NCBI GenBank assembly: GCA_910592345.1 | Contig: CAJVPI010000253.1 | Span: forward strand, 1-38,739 | Length of the DNA stretch: 38,739 bases | Reading direction: 5' to 3' | Source of the DNA: Paraglomus brasilianum | Lineage: Eukaryota | Shown here: one piece after another, positions 37,766 through 38,739 of the stretch | Layout: every line of letters starts with the position of its first letter | Position numbering within the stretch: position 1 is the stretch's first letter | The notes under the pieces: model-generated | What the model was told of the DNA's origin: nothing | The model's database searches: none | Seen by the model: the letters and a program-made list of their open reading frames with translations, nothing else | Translations under genes and position numbers: made by a program

Positions 37766-38286
37766 CATCAAAACATGATACGAGCCATGGTGGCTAGTGC
37801 CAGCCAAGCCACATTTACAGCTCTGACCCAGGCAATGGCTATTGATGAGCCAGAGCTGCAACAAATATGCCAGAGTATGGTGAATCCAGAACAGAGGTTG
37901 TTCACCCCTCCACCCATTGAGGTTAGGGAAAAGGAAACACCAACAAAGGGGAGAAAGCAGATGGCTAAGGACGATGATGCTTGGACCCCTACTGATGGAG
38001 AAATTTTAACCTTTGTCATAGATAATAGAATTTGCACATCATGCTGGTGTGCTGGGCATGCCTTTACTTGTGCAAAAAAGTCCCTGGCAAATGGTGTCCT
38101 AGCAACAAAGAAGTCTTTGAGTCTGAAGGATTTAGACCTTTCCTTGCTGCTTGGAAAGAAGAAAGAAGGAAGCAGAAATCAGCTAGACCAGATGCAGAAC
38201 TGGGAACAATCATCCTTTCCCAGTACTGCAACCTCTGTTTCAGCACAGAACATGATGAGGACAACTGTGATGAACTGTTCCATTAA
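37766..38286 (+). pseudogene. Retroelement gag/ORF1-like fragment with two CCHC zinc knuckles
   Basis: CTSCWCAGHAF(fs)LC at ~38033-38073 and an exact C-x2-C-x4-H-x4-C (CNLCFSTEHDEDNC) at the end of ORF 38032-38286. One 1-nt indel joins the two frames; CpG-poor. Confidence 0.65.
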
Positions 38287-38739
38287 GCTCCTGCCCTTGC
38301 AGTACAAGTGCAGCTAGGGTCAGCAATGATGGTAGCTTGCAATGCATATCCTACACCCCACTACCCTAGATGAATATAAAGAACAGCATAGGTTTTAACT
38401 AGTGGCTAGTTTCCTTCGCTGGTGCTCTGGTTTATAGGAGTCAATTATTGATAGATTAATATAGTAGGATATCATAATCATAGATATGATATATAGAGTT
38501 ATACAAGCCAATATATATTATATAATTTATTTATGTATTTATGTAATATTAGTGTTTGTCACTATGTCAGCACACCTTTGTTGGTTAGTAACAACACAGA
38601 AAATCAGGGTCCAACCCATGTGTGACCAATAAAGGTGTTACGGTCGGGAATTAAATTAGGGTTTTTGGGAGAGCGATTTATCTTTTCGTGTAGGTGTGTT
38701 CGCCGACCGGGGGATGTTACCAGGCTTAGCTCGTACTAT

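Noticed and set aside
38636..38739. TGTTAC starts at 38636 and 38715 (the latter after GGGGGA) as a possible LTR edge
   Set aside because: Window ends; no partner LTR, PBS or TSD is visible.

Overview
Eukaryotic, intron-rich fungal DNA. The gene families and repeat content best fit Mucoromycota, most likely Glomeromycotina (arbuscular mycorrhizal fungi); this is inferred from recognition, not from a search. Positions ~1-16.9 kb are an accessory, repeat-rich block. It holds a decayed head-to-head zinc-finger gene pair, a pseudogenised PD-(D/E)xK-like gene, a frameshifted coiled-coil/zinc-ribbon gene, three different non-autonomous pogo/Tigger DNA transposons, two copies of a ~140-bp MITE, gag-like remnants and two intact membrane-protein genes (one with ENaC/DEG-like topology). 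Positions ~17.5-36.3 kb are a core block: INSIG, a small orphan ORF, a 1090-aa RGS-domain protein with six KLxxxFG repeats, and separase (~22 exons). The right end carries a Sola-like transposase remnant, then an AT-rich intronless frame whose four internal stops are all TGA. That frame is a candidate insertion from a Mollicutes-related endobacterium (genetic code 4), fused to a double CCHC zinc-knuckle retroelement fragment.
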